The notes below the pieces were generated by a model. It saw nothing but the letters and a program-made list of their open reading frames with translations, was not told the origin of the DNA and did not search any database. Made by a program: the position numbers and the translations under genes. Positions 1 through 9,720 of a DNA stretch of 64,000 nucleotides are shown one piece after another (position 1 is the stretch's first letter; the number at the start of each line of letters is the position of its first letter). The stretch comes from an uncultured Gammaproteobacteria bacterium (GTDB taxonomy: Bacteria > Patescibacteriota > Microgenomatia > UBA10105 > UBA927): the NCBI GenBank assembly GCA_964385705.1, contig CAYLQG010000001.1, forward strand, positions 831 to 64,830, written 5' to 3'.

Positions 1-224
1 ACAACTTCATTGACACACAGGCATGTAGCCCAATGATACCCTTCTACTGTTTTAAACGAAGCAGTGCCCCCTGATTTATCGATGAGCATGTTCGCCTGTT
101 CTTCAATTGCGCTAAGGCTTACACCCGGTTGGGCGAATTGCAATAACGTGACAAGAATTGAGCCTAATTTCGCTCCTCCTTCGCGCATTACGGCGATCTC
201 CTCACCTGTTTTTCTGTGAATCAT
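1..224 (-). CDS. map: methionine aminopeptidase type I, N-terminal part (gene continues beyond window start)
   Basis: Manual translation of the minus strand gives MIHRKTGEEIAVMREGGAKLG...PGVSLSAIEE...ATCLCVNEVV. This matches the MetAP-I N-terminus (E. coli ...PGVSTGELD...SVCISINEVVCHG). Its ATG overlaps the stop of the upstream kinase gene (ATGA), and it sits in the canonical position after adk. Confidence 0.85.
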   Translation of the reverse strand, partial: MIHRKTGEEIAVMREGGAKLGSILVTLLQFAQPGVSLSAIEEQANMLIDKSGGTASFKTVEGYHWATCLCVNEV

Positions 225-775
225 AGGAATTTGTTATAGAAATCGGAAAGTTTTTGATTAAATGACCCAACGTCATCGTCGTTCACAATAAGGTAGTCAG
301 CGATAGCAATTGGACCGCCCTTATGTAAGTTTTCTATCTCTGCATAATCACGGGTACGTGCCTCGGATCCCGTAAGCGGACGCACTTTTCTGTCTTTAAG
401 CCTACGGTAACGGACATCGGGAGCTGCGTAAATACATAGCAGGGTAAGTGACGGAAATTTTTTTTTGAGATATATATACTCTTCCCAACTGTATAACCCG
501 TCAAGAACAACAAATGAATTATCTTTCCGAGTGTCAATGATTCTTGGTTCAATCTTTATGGCCATTGCCGCCATTCCGAGCTCTGCGCGCAACTTTTCCC
601 TATACATCCGTTCATTTTCTTCGTTAATCGGAAGATTCGCTTCTTTTAATCCGATATCCGTCTGATCGCCGAAACGGAGAATGGCTGCTTTTTTTGACCG
701 GAAGTAGTTGGCGGCAACGCTTTTGCCTGATCCCGGCATACCGACGATAGCGAGAAGCTTAAGTTGGCTATCCAT
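221..775 (-). CDS. P-loop nucleotide/nucleoside kinase-like protein (Walker A GMPGSGKS; archaeal-type CMP/dephospho-CoA kinase-like)
   Basis: The ORF was trimmed to the internal ATG at 773-775 (MDSQLKLLAIVGMPGSGKS...), giving 184 aa. It has a Walker A motif and a short kinase-like fold. It sits between adk and map with a 2-nt gap and a 4-nt overlap. Confidence 0.5.
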   Translation of the reverse strand: MDSQLKLLAIVGMPGSGKSVAANYFRSKKAAILRFGDQTDIGLKEANLPINEENERMYREKLRAELGMAAMAIKIEPRIIDTRKDNSFVVLDGLYSWEEYIYLKKKFPSLTLLCIYAAPDVRYRRLKDRKVRPLTGSEARTRDYAEIENLHKGGPIAIADYLIVNDDDVGSFNQKLSDFYNKFL

Positions 776-1346
776 GAACTTGATTAAGAATAAGTGCGTG
801 CACCTCTTCAACTGATTTTTCTGCGCTGATTTCGCGAAGAACTCCCCGATCACGATAATAGGCAAGAAGATCTTGTTGTCCGGTTTTATACACCGCAAGG
901 CGTTTTTTTATCCGCTCAGGTGAATCATGAAGCTCGGTTGACCCCGGGTGGAGAGGACGGGCTCTCTTTACAAGCCGCTTGATTGACTCTTCTTCACTGA
1001 TATTGAGATAGATCACCGCATCTATTTTCTGACCGAACGAAGAGAGAACGTTTTCCAGAAATTTAACCTGTTCGATATTCCGGGGGAATCCATCCATGAT
1101 CCAGTCGCTTTTAACGCCTTTTTCATCCAACCGGTTCTTCCACAGTTCATACATCTGTGTATCGTTCACATATTGCCCGTCCGAGAGCGCTTTCCTACAG
1201 ACGTCGCCGAGCGGACTTTTATCGTTGGTTGCGGCATCGCGGACTAAATCTCCTGATGTAAGAATAGGGATATGAAGCGCTTCGCTTAACAATGTTGCCT
1301 GAGTTCCTTTTCCTGACCCTTCGGGCCCGTACATGAGTATGTGCAT
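768..1346 (-). CDS. adk: adenylate kinase (short form, no zinc LID)
   Basis: MHILMYGPEGSGKGTQA...; 192 aa; follows secY. Confidence 0.93.
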   Translation of the reverse strand: MHILMYGPEGSGKGTQATLLSEALHIPILTSGDLVRDAATNDKSPLGDVCRKALSDGQYVNDTQMYELWKNRLDEKGVKSDWIMDGFPRNIEQVKFLENVLSSFGQKIDAVIYLNISEEESIKRLVKRARPLHPGSTELHDSPERIKKRLAVYKTGQQDLLAYYRDRGVLREISAEKSVEEVHALILNQVHG

Positions 1347-1347
1347 A

Positions 1348-2637
1348 TTATTCCTTTAAAAACCCTTCGTAATTGCGCATGACAAGCTGTGCCTCAAGCG
1401 CTTTTACCGTTTCAAGAACGACGGAAACGACGATAAGAACACCGGTTCCTCCGATCAGTAACGTCGAAACACCCGTAATTTGTTTGGCAATCGCGGGAAG
1501 TATTGCAATGAGTCCTAAGAACAGTGCTCCGGCGAGCGTTATCCGTGTCAGAATGTAATTAAGATACTGCGCCGTCGGCGTCCCCGGCCGGATTCCCGGA
1601 ATAAACCCGCCGTACTTCTGAATCTCCTGGGAGATCTTCGTCGGATTAAAGGTAATCGCAGTATAAAAATAGGTAAACCCTATGACTAGGAAGAAATAAA
1701 TTACATTGTATGAAATTCCGTTGGGATTAAATATGTTTGTTAATATATGGCCAAACCCGGCAAGTCCAGGATTCTTCACCTGCTGTAAAAATCCTCCGAC
1801 CAACGACGGTAATAAAACTAGTGAAACGGCAAATATAATGGGGATGACGCCTGCCTGATTCACCCGTAATGGGAGGTAAGAGGTCGCACCTCCATACACT
1901 TTGTTCCCGCGAATGCGACGGGCATAGTGCACAGTAATCCTCCTGACTGCTTCATTCACATAAACGGTTGCGGCGATGACGGCAATCGCTAATACGAGAA
2001 ATACAACGAGGTTGGTCAAATATTCGCTTGTGAGCGTTGTTGCTGTTTGACCGAAGGCAACCGGGAGTCTACCCACAATTCCTGCAAATATGAGAAGTGA
2101 TATACCGTTTCCGATGCCGTATTCTGTGATAAGTTCACCGAGCCACATAGCAAACAGGGTGCCTGCTGTCATCGTGACGACAATAGCGATAAGTGCAAAC
2201 GGATCAACTGCACCGATAATCCCCTGGTTTTTAAGAAGGGCAAACATGCCGATAGATTGGACAACAGCAAGAGGAACGGTGATAAGCCGGGTATATTGAT
2301 TAATTTTTTCCCGTCCGTATTCCCCTTCTTTCTGCAGTTCCTCAAGTGCCGGAAACACAATTTGGAGAAGTTGCAGGATGATAGATGCGTTGATGTATGG
2401 ATTTAGTCCTAACGCAAGCACTGAAAAGTTTACAAGTGTACCGCCTGAAAATATATCAAGAAGTCCTAAAAATTGATTTTGTGAAAACAAAGCGGCTAAT
2501 TTTTTCGTATCGACACTTGGGATCGGAATATGTGCAAACAGTCGAAACACTACAAACAGAAGTGCCGTTATGATAATTTTCCGTCGAAGATCCGGCGATT
2601 TCCAACTCGCAATGAGCGGAGCAAGTAGCTTGTTCAT
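1348..2637 (-). CDS. secY: preprotein translocase subunit SecY
   Basis: 429-aa polytopic membrane protein, follows rplO; typical SecY motifs. Confidence 0.95.
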   Translation of the reverse strand: MNKLLAPLIASWKSPDLRRKIIITALLFVVFRLFAHIPIPSVDTKKLAALFSQNQFLGLLDIFSGGTLVNFSVLALGLNPYINASIILQLLQIVFPALEELQKEGEYGREKINQYTRLITVPLAVVQSIGMFALLKNQGIIGAVDPFALIAIVVTMTAGTLFAMWLGELITEYGIGNGISLLIFAGIVGRLPVAFGQTATTLTSEYLTNLVVFLVLAIAVIAATVYVNEAVRRITVHYARRIRGNKVYGGATSYLPLRVNQAGVIPIIFAVSLVLLPSLVGGFLQQVKNPGLAGFGHILTNIFNPNGISYNVIYFFLVIGFTYFYTAITFNPTKISQEIQKYGGFIPGIRPGTPTAQYLNYILTRITLAGALFLGLIAILPAIAKQITGVSTLLIGGTGVLIVVSVVLETVKALEAQLVMRNYEGFLKE

Positions 2638-2650
2638 GAATGTGTCGTCT

Positions 2651-3082
2651 TCAGGCTTCTATCGTGCCGCCCGCTTTTTCAATAGTTGTGCGAGCGTGCT
2701 TCGAACAGGGTAATGCAATGGTAAGAGCATGATCAAGTTTTCCGTCTCCCAATATTTTTACCCTTGAAACCCGCTCATCAATAATATGATATTTTATAAG
2801 AGTTGCCAATGTAACCTTTGTTTTTGCTGGAATGACATTCAGACTGCCGACAGCAACCGGCTGCGCTTTTGCTTGAAGTGTCGTATTTTTCCCTTTACCC
2901 CGAAGAAGCGGCAAACGTTTGATGAGCGCCAGTTGTCCGCCTTCAAAACCAATCGGCATACTGTCGCGAGCATTTTGCCCTTTCGTCCCACGACCTGATG
3001 TTTTCACTTTGCCGGATCCGTGACCTCGACCGACCCGTTTTTTGGATCGTGCCACAATAGCTTGTAGTTCATGTATATTCAT
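2651..3082 (-). CDS. rplO: 50S ribosomal protein L15
   Basis: 143 aa, Gly/Arg/Lys-rich N-terminus ([19 protein letters not shown]). Confidence 0.9.
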   Translation of the reverse strand: MNIHELQAIVARSKKRVGRGHGSGKVKTSGRGTKGQNARDSMPIGFEGGQLALIKRLPLLRGKGKNTTLQAKAQPVAVGSLNVIPAKTKVTLATLIKYHIIDERVSRVKILGDGKLDHALTIALPCSKHARTTIEKAGGTIEA

Positions 3083-3086
3083 ACGT

Positions 3087-3557
3087 TTATTTTTTATGAA
3101 TTAACCGCAGTTGTCCGAGCGCTTCAATCGTCGCATAGACATTTGACGCCTGATTTTTACTGCCTAATATTTTTGAAACGATATCACGGATTCCTGCCGC
3201 TTCAACGACTGCCCGGATTGCGCCTCCTGCGATAACTCCTGTTCCAGGAGGAGCCGGCTTTAACATCACCCGTGCGGCTCCGCGTTTCACGCGAACTTCA
3301 TGGGGGATCGTTTTGTCCCGCATCGCGACCGTAATAAGATGTTTTTTCGCATAGGAGACCGCCTTCCTAACGGCTGATGATACATCGGGCGCACCGCCTA
3401 GACCAACGCCGACCCGTCCTTTTTTATCACCGACGACCGCAAGTACGGAGAAGCCGATTTTATTGCCGCCTTTGGTTTTTTTCGACACACGGTTAACCTG
3501 GACAATTTTTTCCTCAAACTCGCTCGGAGCCCGCTCTGACTTTTGTTGAAATCTCAT
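3087..3557 (-). CDS. rpsE: 30S ribosomal protein S5
   Basis: 156 aa; directly abuts rplO with a 4-nt gap and no L30 gene. Confidence 0.93.
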   Translation of the reverse strand: MRFQQKSERAPSEFEEKIVQVNRVSKKTKGGNKIGFSVLAVVGDKKGRVGVGLGGAPDVSSAVRKAVSYAKKHLITVAMRDKTIPHEVRVKRGAARVMLKPAPPGTGVIAGGAIRAVVEAAGIRDIVSKILGSKNQASNVYATIEALGQLRLIHKK

Positions 3558-3889
3558 ACAGTGATTCCTCCTTCACGCACTGCATCAGCAAGTGCTTTTA
3601 TTGCGCCATGATATCGATAGCCATTACGGTCAAAAACGAGCTTCGTAATTCCTTTTTTCTTGGCAATTGCGGCAATTGCGGCGCCCAACACTTTTGCTTT
3701 TGCGACAGTCGTCCCTACCTCTTCCGCAGAACACAGGGTTGTTCCTTTTTCATCATCAACGAGTTGAACGTACATGACTAAATTGGAACGGAACACAGAC
3801 AGGCGCGGCCTTTCAGCCGTTCCTGATACTCGTGCGCGTATACGTACCTTCCGACGAAACCGTCGTTCTAAATTTGAATCTTTAGCCAT
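3554..3889 (-). CDS. rplR: 50S ribosomal protein L18
   Basis: 111 aa, RRFRRKVRIRARVSGT... N-terminus. Confidence 0.9.
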   Translation of the reverse strand: MAKDSNLERRFRRKVRIRARVSGTAERPRLSVFRSNLVMYVQLVDDEKGTTLCSAEEVGTTVAKAKVLGAAIAAIAKKKGITKLVFDRNGYRYHGAIKALADAVREGGITV

Positions 3890-4452
3890 TATTTAGCTCC
3901 TCCCGGTGCTCCGCCGACAGCTTTCGCTTTACCGGCTTTCTTTCTAATATATTCTCCCTCATATTTTATACCTTTCCCTTTATATGGTTCAGGTTTCTTA
4001 ATTTCGCGAATAGACGCCGCCGTTTGGCCGACAGCCTGTTTATCAATACCGGCTACAATAATTTTTCCTTCTGTAACTGAAAAACTAATACCGGCGGGCG
4101 GAGCAACCGTCACGGGATGGGAAAATCCGACCGTCAGAACGACGCTCGTTCCGCTTAATGCTGCCCGATAGCCAACACCTGAAAGTTCAAGTGTTTTCGT
4201 CCACCCTTTGGTGACTCCAACAACGCCGTTAGCAAGTACTGCGCGAAGATATCCGTGAAGCGCCTGACGGGCTTTATCTCCGCCACCGGCAATTTTCACT
4301 TCGACTACCGCGCCTTCATTATGAACGGAAAGTCCATTCGGAACCGCATATCGTAGCTCCCCTTTTGGACCTTTTACCACTACTTCCGCGCCGTCAAGTG
4401 TAACGGTTACTTCTTTCGGTATAGTGATAAGTGCTTTACCTATTCGTGACAT
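3889..4452 (-). CDS. rplF: 50S ribosomal protein L6
   Basis: Start trimmed to MSRIGKALITIP... (ATG 4450-4452), avoiding overlap with rpsH. Confidence 0.9.
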   Translation of the reverse strand: MSRIGKALITIPKEVTVTLDGAEVVVKGPKGELRYAVPNGLSVHNEGAVVEVKIAGGGDKARQALHGYLRAVLANGVVGVTKGWTKTLELSGVGYRAALSGTSVVLTVGFSHPVTVAPPAGISFSVTEGKIIVAGIDKQAVGQTAASIREIKKPEPYKGKGIKYEGEYIRKKAGKAKAVGGAPGGAK

Positions 4453-4459
4453 AGTTTGT

Positions 4460-4852
4460 TTACCAAATGGTTGCCAATAATTCTCCGCCGATACCTTTTT
4501 TCCGTGCAACAGTTCCGGTCATAATCCCCTGCGGAGTGGAAAGAATAGCAATCCCCATACCTCCGACAACCGTCGGGATCATGTGTTTATTTACGTAAAG
4601 GCGAAGACCTGGTTTACTCACCCGTTTCACTCCAGTGATAACCGATGACGAACCGTTATATCGAAGTGCGATTTTAATCATGCTCTTCGGGTCAGTGCCT
4701 ATCTTTTGCACGTCTCCGATATATCCCTCTTGGGATAATATTTTTGCAACTTCAAGTTTCAGTCTTGAATGCGGCACCTCAACAGACTGCCGCCCTGCAA
4801 GTGATGCATTTTTTATCTGTATTAATAAATCACCTATTGGATCATTTACCAT
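4460..4852 (-). CDS. rpsH: 30S ribosomal protein S8
   Basis: 130 aa, order S14-S8-L6. Confidence 0.93.
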   Translation of the reverse strand: MVNDPIGDLLIQIKNASLAGRQSVEVPHSRLKLEVAKILSQEGYIGDVQKIGTDPKSMIKIALRYNGSSSVITGVKRVSKPGLRLYVNKHMIPTVVGGMGIAILSTPQGIMTGTVARKKGIGGELLATIW

Positions 4853-4861
4853 ATATCTCCT

Positions 4862-5047
4862 TTACCAAGACGCTTTAATAACTCCCGGCAATTCGCCTTT
4901 ATGAGCCAGTTTTCGGAAACACAATCTGCAAATACCGAATTTTCTCATATATGCACGTGACCTTCCGCACAGGGAACACCGGTTCCGGTGGCGGACCTGA
5001 TATTTTTGCTTTTTTTCGAATTTAACTATATCTGATGTCTTTGCCAT
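4862..5047 (-). CDS. rpsN: 30S ribosomal protein S14 type Z (zinc-binding, 61 aa)
   Basis: [22 protein letters not shown] carries two CxxC pairs; 61 aa. Confidence 0.9.
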   Translation of the reverse strand: MAKTSDIVKFEKKQKYQVRHRNRCSLCGRSRAYMRKFGICRLCFRKLAHKGELPGVIKASW

Positions 5048-5049
5048 AA

Positions 5050-5592
5050 TTACTCCTTTACAAAAGGCATACCCAAAAGCTGGAGCAGAATCCTGCCCAT
5101 CTCGTCGGTCTTTGCCGTTGTAACAAAACTAATCTCAAACCCCCGGACTTTATCAACCATATTATATTCAAGTTCCGGAAATATCGTGTGTTCTTTAATA
5201 CCCAGTGTATAATTCCCTCTCCCGTCAAATCCCTTAAGCGGTACCCCGCGAAAATCACGGACACGCGGAAGACCGATGGCGATAAGTTTTTGCAAAAAAT
5301 CATACATGCGTTTACCACGGATCGTCACCCGAAGTCCGACCGCATCGCCTGCACGAAGCTTAAATGTGGAGATAGCGCGCTTTGCAGTTTTTACTTCCGG
5401 TTTTTGACCTGTTATGACAGCGAGTTGTGCCGACATCTTTTCCATCACTTTTTTGTCCGTGAGCGCTTCTCCCATGCCGCAGTTGACGACTATTTTGACA
5501 AGCTTCGGAACGGCCATCGTATTTTTGACGCCGTGTTTGCTTTTAAATGCCGGTATTATCTCTTTGATATATTTTTCCTGTAATTCGTTCAT
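5050..5592 (-). CDS. rplE: 50S ribosomal protein L5
   Basis: 180 aa, between L24 and S14. Confidence 0.95.
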   Translation of the reverse strand: MNELQEKYIKEIIPAFKSKHGVKNTMAVPKLVKIVVNCGMGEALTDKKVMEKMSAQLAVITGQKPEVKTAKRAISTFKLRAGDAVGLRVTIRGKRMYDFLQKLIAIGLPRVRDFRGVPLKGFDGRGNYTLGIKEHTIFPELEYNMVDKVRGFEISFVTTAKTDEMGRILLQLLGMPFVKE

Positions 5593-5595
5593 AGG

Positions 5596-5901
5596 TTAAA
5601 TCCTTTGCTCACATTTCTTACAAATCCGCTCTTTCTCACCTTTGGTAACAACATACCCGACGCGAGTGGGCTTGCCGCATTTCGGACAAAGCAATGCGAC
5701 TTTCCCCATATCAAGAGCTCTCGCGTATTCAACGATACCACCCTGATGCTGCTCATCGCGCTTTTTCTCATGTCGTTTATACATATTGACCCCGGCAACG
5801 ATAATGGTATTGTGTTTCAAATCCACAACATCAACTTTGCCTTTTCGGCCTTTATCTTTGCCTGATGTCACAAGTATTTGATCTCCTTTTTTCAGTTTCA
5901 T
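5596..5901 (-). CDS. rplX: 50S ribosomal protein L24 (with C-terminal Cys4 motif)
   Basis: Start trimmed to MKLKKGDQILVTSGKDKGRKGKV (KOW domain). The C-terminus reads CPKCGK...CKKC. Confidence 0.85.
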   Translation of the reverse strand: MKLKKGDQILVTSGKDKGRKGKVDVVDLKHNTIIVAGVNMYKRHEKKRDEQHQGGIVEYARALDMGKVALLCPKCGKPTRVGYVVTKGEKERICKKCEQRI

Positions 5902-5905
5902 AGTA

Positions 5906-6280
5906 TTAATAAACTTCCTGCGCCATGCTGGCGATTTTATCAAATCCCTTTTCTTTGAGTTCGCGTGCAACCGGTCCAAATACCCGAGTTCCGCGCGGAT
6001 TCTTATCAACTGCGTTATCGATCACTACACCCGCATTGTCATCAAAACGGATATAAGACCCGTCACTACGCCTATACTCTTTATGTGTTCTGATGATAAC
6101 GACTTTCACGAGTTCGTCATCTTTCACGATTCCGTTCGGGTCGGCTTTTTTCACAACACACTGGACAACGTCTCCGAGTGACGCGAAATCCCGCCTGGAC
6201 GAACCATAGATATGGGTAATCGTCATCACCTGTGCGCCCGAATTATCTGCTACTACTAATGATGTCCTTCGTTGTACCAT
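5906..6280 (-). CDS. rplN: 50S ribosomal protein L14
   Basis: 124 aa. Confidence 0.95.
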   Translation of the reverse strand: MVQRRTSLVVADNSGAQVMTITHIYGSSRRDFASLGDVVQCVVKKADPNGIVKDDELVKVVIIRTHKEYRRSDGSYIRFDDNAGVVIDNAVDKNPRGTRVFGPVARELKEKGFDKIASMAQEVY

Positions 6281-6282
6281 AA

Positions 6283-6552
6283 TTAACTCACCTTATTTAA
6301 AACAATAAAATGCTTCGATCTGCTTATCGGTTTCGTTTCTCCAATGCGGACCGTATCACCAACGGCAAGCGTCAGAGACTCGTTATGTGCCATAAACCGT
6401 TTCGTTTTACGGACCAATTTTTTATATAGCGGGTGGCGGTAAGTTGATATAACAGCAACAACCACAGTTTTTATTGTTTTAACCGATACAACTTCTCCGG
6501 TAAATATTTTCCCGTTTGCACCCATAGTTATTGTCGTATTTTGGTTATTCAT
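6283..6552 (-). CDS. rpsQ: 30S ribosomal protein S17
   Basis: 89 aa. Confidence 0.9.
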   Translation of the reverse strand: MNNQNTTITMGANGKIFTGEVVSVKTIKTVVVAVISTYRHPLYKKLVRKTKRFMAHNESLTLAVGDTVRIGETKPISRSKHFIVLNKVS

Positions 6553-6751
6553 GGTTAAACTCCTTCATGCGTTTCGCGGTCATGACTACAGCGAGCTTAC
6601 TTCGAAGCGCGCGTCCTTCATGGACATTTTTAGACTGCTTACTATATCTGTTTATCATAAAAGCTGCAAGTTTTGACTGTGATTCCGTAATCACTTTATC
6701 AAGTTCAGCGACAGTCATTGATCGAAATGATGTTTTCTCTTTCTTTTTCAT
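6545..6751 (-). CDS. rpmC: 50S ribosomal protein L29
   Basis: 68 aa, between L16 and S17. Confidence 0.85.
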   Translation of the reverse strand: MKKKEKTSFRSMTVAELDKVITESQSKLAAFMINRYSKQSKNVHEGRALRSKLAVVMTAKRMKEFNHE

Positions 6752-7158
6752 AGGTCTTTAACGATAAACCGTGTCTGTATTGGTAGTTTTGCACTGGCAA
6801 GCCTGAGAGATGCTTTTGCATCTTCAAGGGAAATTCCGCCCATTTCAAAAAGGATGCGTCCAGGGCGAACGACTGCAACATATTCATAAACATCCCCTTT
6901 TCCGCTTCCCATACGCGTTTCCGGCGGTTTTTTCGTAATCGGTTTATCCGGAAAAATTCTGATCCAGACGCGACCGCCCCGTTTTGTATAATGAGTCAGA
7001 GCACGGCGCGCGGCTTCAATCTGCCTACTCGTTACCCAACCTTCGGTCAGCGCTTTAAGACCGTATTCGCCGAAATTAATTTGTGAACCGCGGATAGAGA
7101 TACCCGTCCGGCTTCCTCTGAACATTTTTCTGTGTTTTGCTCGTTTTGGTGCTAACAT
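6748..7158 (-). CDS. rplP: 50S ribosomal protein L16
   Basis: 136 aa, [11 protein letters not shown]... Confidence 0.95.
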   Translation of the reverse strand: MLAPKRAKHRKMFRGSRTGISIRGSQINFGEYGLKALTEGWVTSRQIEAARRALTHYTKRGGRVWIRIFPDKPITKKPPETRMGSGKGDVYEYVAVVRPGRILFEMGGISLEDAKASLRLASAKLPIQTRFIVKDL

Positions 7159-7162
7159 ACTT

Positions 7163-7213
7163 TAGTTATTGGTTCATTGTTCATAGTTCATGGTTTTCTA
7201 TGAACCATGAACG
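7163..7213. repeat. GTTCAT-type repeat, copy 1, in the rplP-rpsC gap (ggttcattgttcatagttcatggtttt...atgaaccatgaac)
   Basis: Read directly from the sequence. It shares AGTTATTGGTTCAT[T/A]GTTCATGGTTTT with copy 2 in inverted orientation. Confidence 0.8.
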
Positions 7214-7218
7214 ATTGA

Positions 7219-7902
7219 CTATGAACTCTTCCTGCATATCCAAACTTTAATTCCTACATAACCTGATTTCGTAAGTGCCGGAAATATAGCAAAATCAACT
7301 TCCTCCCGGATCGTCGACAACGGGACCGTGCCGGCCTGATATTTTTCCCGTCGTGCAATTTCAGCGCCTCCGATACGTCCTGATAAGATAATCCGGACTC
7401 CTTTGGCTCCCGCCGACATAACTCGCTCGATCGTCTGATTACAGATACGTTTGTGAGGCATACGTTTCATCATCTGATCGGAAATATTCTGAGCAACGAG
7501 ATATGCGTTCAGGTTCGGTTCTTTTACCGGTTCGACTGCAAGCTCAACCTTCACTCGGGATGCATCTTTAAGACTCCGCTTTTCCTCATAGGGATTTGTA
7601 GGATTTTGATGCAGCGAGAGAAATTTTTCAATAAATTTCTTAAGCTCCTCAAGACCGCTTCCGCCGCGACCGATGACGACACCGGGCCGGGAAACAAATA
7701 ATGTCACTTTCATCTTGTTGATTGACCGTTCAATAATGACCTGCGCCAAACCGGCGGGTTTAAGTCTGGCCTGGAGCACTTCACGGAGCTTCGCATCTTC
7801 ATATACGAATTCTTTATACCGTCTTTTATCGGCAAACCAACGGGAGCCCCATGTAAAAACGGTGCCTATGCGAAACCCTTTTGGATTAATTTTTTGTCCC
7901 AT
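7219..7902 (-). CDS. rpsC: 30S ribosomal protein S3
   Basis: 227 aa, KH domain. Confidence 0.95.
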   Translation of the reverse strand: MGQKINPKGFRIGTVFTWGSRWFADKRRYKEFVYEDAKLREVLQARLKPAGLAQVIIERSINKMKVTLFVSRPGVVIGRGGSGLEELKKFIEKFLSLHQNPTNPYEEKRSLKDASRVKVELAVEPVKEPNLNAYLVAQNISDQMMKRMPHKRICNQTIERVMSAGAKGVRIILSGRIGGAEIARREKYQAGTVPLSTIREEVDFAIFPALTKSGYVGIKVWICRKSS

Positions 7903-7904
7903 GA

Positions 7905-8249
7905 TTACTCCTTTTTCCCGCCTTCATCTGTTAATACAACGCAAACGTGTGTCATACGCTTCTTATATGCATGTGCCTGTCCGCGCGATACTGCATGAAA
8001 TCGTTTCATCACCGGTCCGCCCATGACTTCTATCCGCTTAAATCTCAAATCGCTCCCCTTTACCTGTTTTTGAAGCGCGTTGGCAACCGCCGAAGCAACA
8101 ACTTTGCTCATCGGAAGTGCAGCGCTTTTTGGCATATGGTCGAGCTGAATGAGTGCATCCTGAGGATGTAGGGATCGTATTGCATCAGCGACAAGCCGCA
8201 ATTTGCGGGTGCTGGTTCTTATGTATTTTGATGTTGCCTGGTATTCCAT
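7905..8249 (-). CDS. rplV: 50S ribosomal protein L22
   Basis: 114 aa. Confidence 0.9.
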   Translation of the reverse strand: MEYQATSKYIRTSTRKLRLVADAIRSLHPQDALIQLDHMPKSAALPMSKVVASAVANALQKQVKGSDLRFKRIEVMGGPVMKRFHAVSRGQAHAYKKRMTHVCVVLTDEGGKKE

Positions 8250-8250
8250 A

Positions 8251-8312
8251 ATTTAGTTCATTGTTCAAAGTTCATTGTTCAAAGTTTAAAAACCATGAAC
8301 TATGAACCAATA
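8251..8312. repeat. GTTCAT-type repeat, copy 2, in the rplV-rpsS gap (2x GTTCATTGTTCAAAG then AACCATGAACTATGAACCAATAACT)
   Basis: Read directly from the sequence. Its reverse complement matches copy 1. Confidence 0.8.
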
Positions 8313-8317
8313 ACTCA

Positions 8318-8602
8318 CTACGTTTTATCCATCGTTCTCTTTGTAACCTGACCATGACCGTGGAACGTCCGCGTCGGTGCAAACTCTCCCAATCGGTGCC
8401 CAACCATAGCTTCTGAGACGTATACTTCCAAAAATACGTGACCATTGTGCACCGCAAATCTATGACCCACAAATTCCGGAGGAATCTGACAGGCGCGCGA
8501 CCACGTTTTAATCGGCGTTTTTTCTCCACCAGCTTTTTGTTTATTTACTTTTACTATTAATTTAGGATCTATATACGGTCCTTTTTTGCTGCTACGTGCC
8601 AT
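8318..8602 (-). CDS. rpsS: 30S ribosomal protein S19
   Basis: 94 aa. Confidence 0.95.
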   Translation of the reverse strand: MARSSKKGPYIDPKLIVKVNKQKAGGEKTPIKTWSRACQIPPEFVGHRFAVHNGHVFLEVYVSEAMVGHRLGEFAPTRTFHGHGQVTKRTMDKT

Positions 8603-8621
8603 AGTTCGTTATTGATTCAAT

Positions 8622-9386
8622 TTACTTTGAACCACCCTTTCTATGTTGAACGATAAACCGGTCACTGTATTTTACGAGTTTACGTGTTTTCTTACCCAAT
8701 GTATGCTTCCCCCATGGACTCTTGGGTGAGCTCATGCCGATACCGCTTCTTCCTTCTCCGCCACCATGCGGGTGACTTCTCGGATTTTGTGCAACTCCCC
8801 GTACTTCCGGTCGTCTCCCCATATGCCGGCTGCGGCCTGCGGTACCGATGACTTCATTTCGGTGTTCGACATTGCCGACCTGTCCGACGGTCGCTTTACA
8901 ATCCGCGTTAAATACCCGTATTTCCCCTGAAGGGAGTTTTAATTGTACCAGATCGCCGTCCCTGGCGAGTACTGTCGCTACAGTTCCTGCACTCCTCATC
9001 ATCTGTGCGCCACGGCCCGGTTTGATTTCAACGTTGTGAATGAGCGTTCCGACCGGCATTAATCCGATTTTCAGTGCATTCCCGCTTTTAATATCTGCTG
9101 TATCTCCTGAGATCACTTTTTGTCCGACCGCAAGCCCTACCGGAGCCAAAATATAGCGCTTTTCCCCGTCTGAATACTGGAGTAGTGCGAGATCTGCCGT
9201 CCTGTTCGGATCATAGACGATCGCAATAACCGTAGCGCTAATTCCGTCCTTTTCTCTCATCCAGTCAATCTTCCGGTAAAACCGCTTCTCACGGCCTCCC
9301 TGATGGCGGATTGAGACATGACCCATGACATCACGGCCTGATTTCTTTGACAATATAACGGTTAAACTTTTTACACGTGTTTCCAT
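8622..9386 (-). CDS. rplB: 50S ribosomal protein L2
   Basis: 254 aa, ...SPHGGGEGRS... motif. Confidence 0.95.
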   Translation of the reverse strand: METRVKSLTVILSKKSGRDVMGHVSIRHQGGREKRFYRKIDWMREKDGISATVIAIVYDPNRTADLALLQYSDGEKRYILAPVGLAVGQKVISGDTADIKSGNALKIGLMPVGTLIHNVEIKPGRGAQMMRSAGTVATVLARDGDLVQLKLPSGEIRVFNADCKATVGQVGNVEHRNEVIGTAGRSRHMGRRPEVRGVAQNPRSHPHGGGEGRSGIGMSSPKSPWGKHTLGKKTRKLVKYSDRFIVQHRKGGSK

Positions 9387-9388
9387 AG

Positions 9389-9718
9389 TTATTTAGCGGT
9401 CGGCGCAGGCGATTTTCCCGGAGTGGCTGCCTGTTCCGTCACTTCAAATGCATCAATTTTATCGCCCTTTTTCAAATGTACAATTGCTTTTTTCCAATCT
9501 GCTTTTTTCACATATTTCTGCATGCGGCCGACTCTGCGCATCTTGCCGTGCATATGAACAGTGCGGACTTCTGTCACCGTTACGGAATAAAACTTCGCAA
9601 TCACTTTTGCGATATCTTCTTTTTCCGCCTGTTCGGTAACCATGAACGTATACCAACCCGTTGAGGCGAGTGTCAGTGATTTTTCCGTAATTAATGGTCG
9701 TTTGACAATTGTGTTCAT
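9389..9718 (-). CDS. rplW: 50S ribosomal protein L23
   Basis: 109 aa. Confidence 0.85.
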   Translation of the reverse strand: MNTIVKRPLITEKSLTLASTGWYTFMVTEQAEKEDIAKVIAKFYSVTVTEVRTVHMHGKMRRVGRMQKYVKKADWKKAIVHLKKGDKIDAFEVTEQAATPGKSPAPTAK

Positions 9719-9720
9719 AG

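Noticed and set aside
8272-8529. 85-aa minus-strand ORF overlapping rpsS in another frame and extending into the repeat-containing gap
   Set aside because: It lies out of frame inside rpsS, and its upstream part consists of the intergenic repeat sequence. I judge it spurious.
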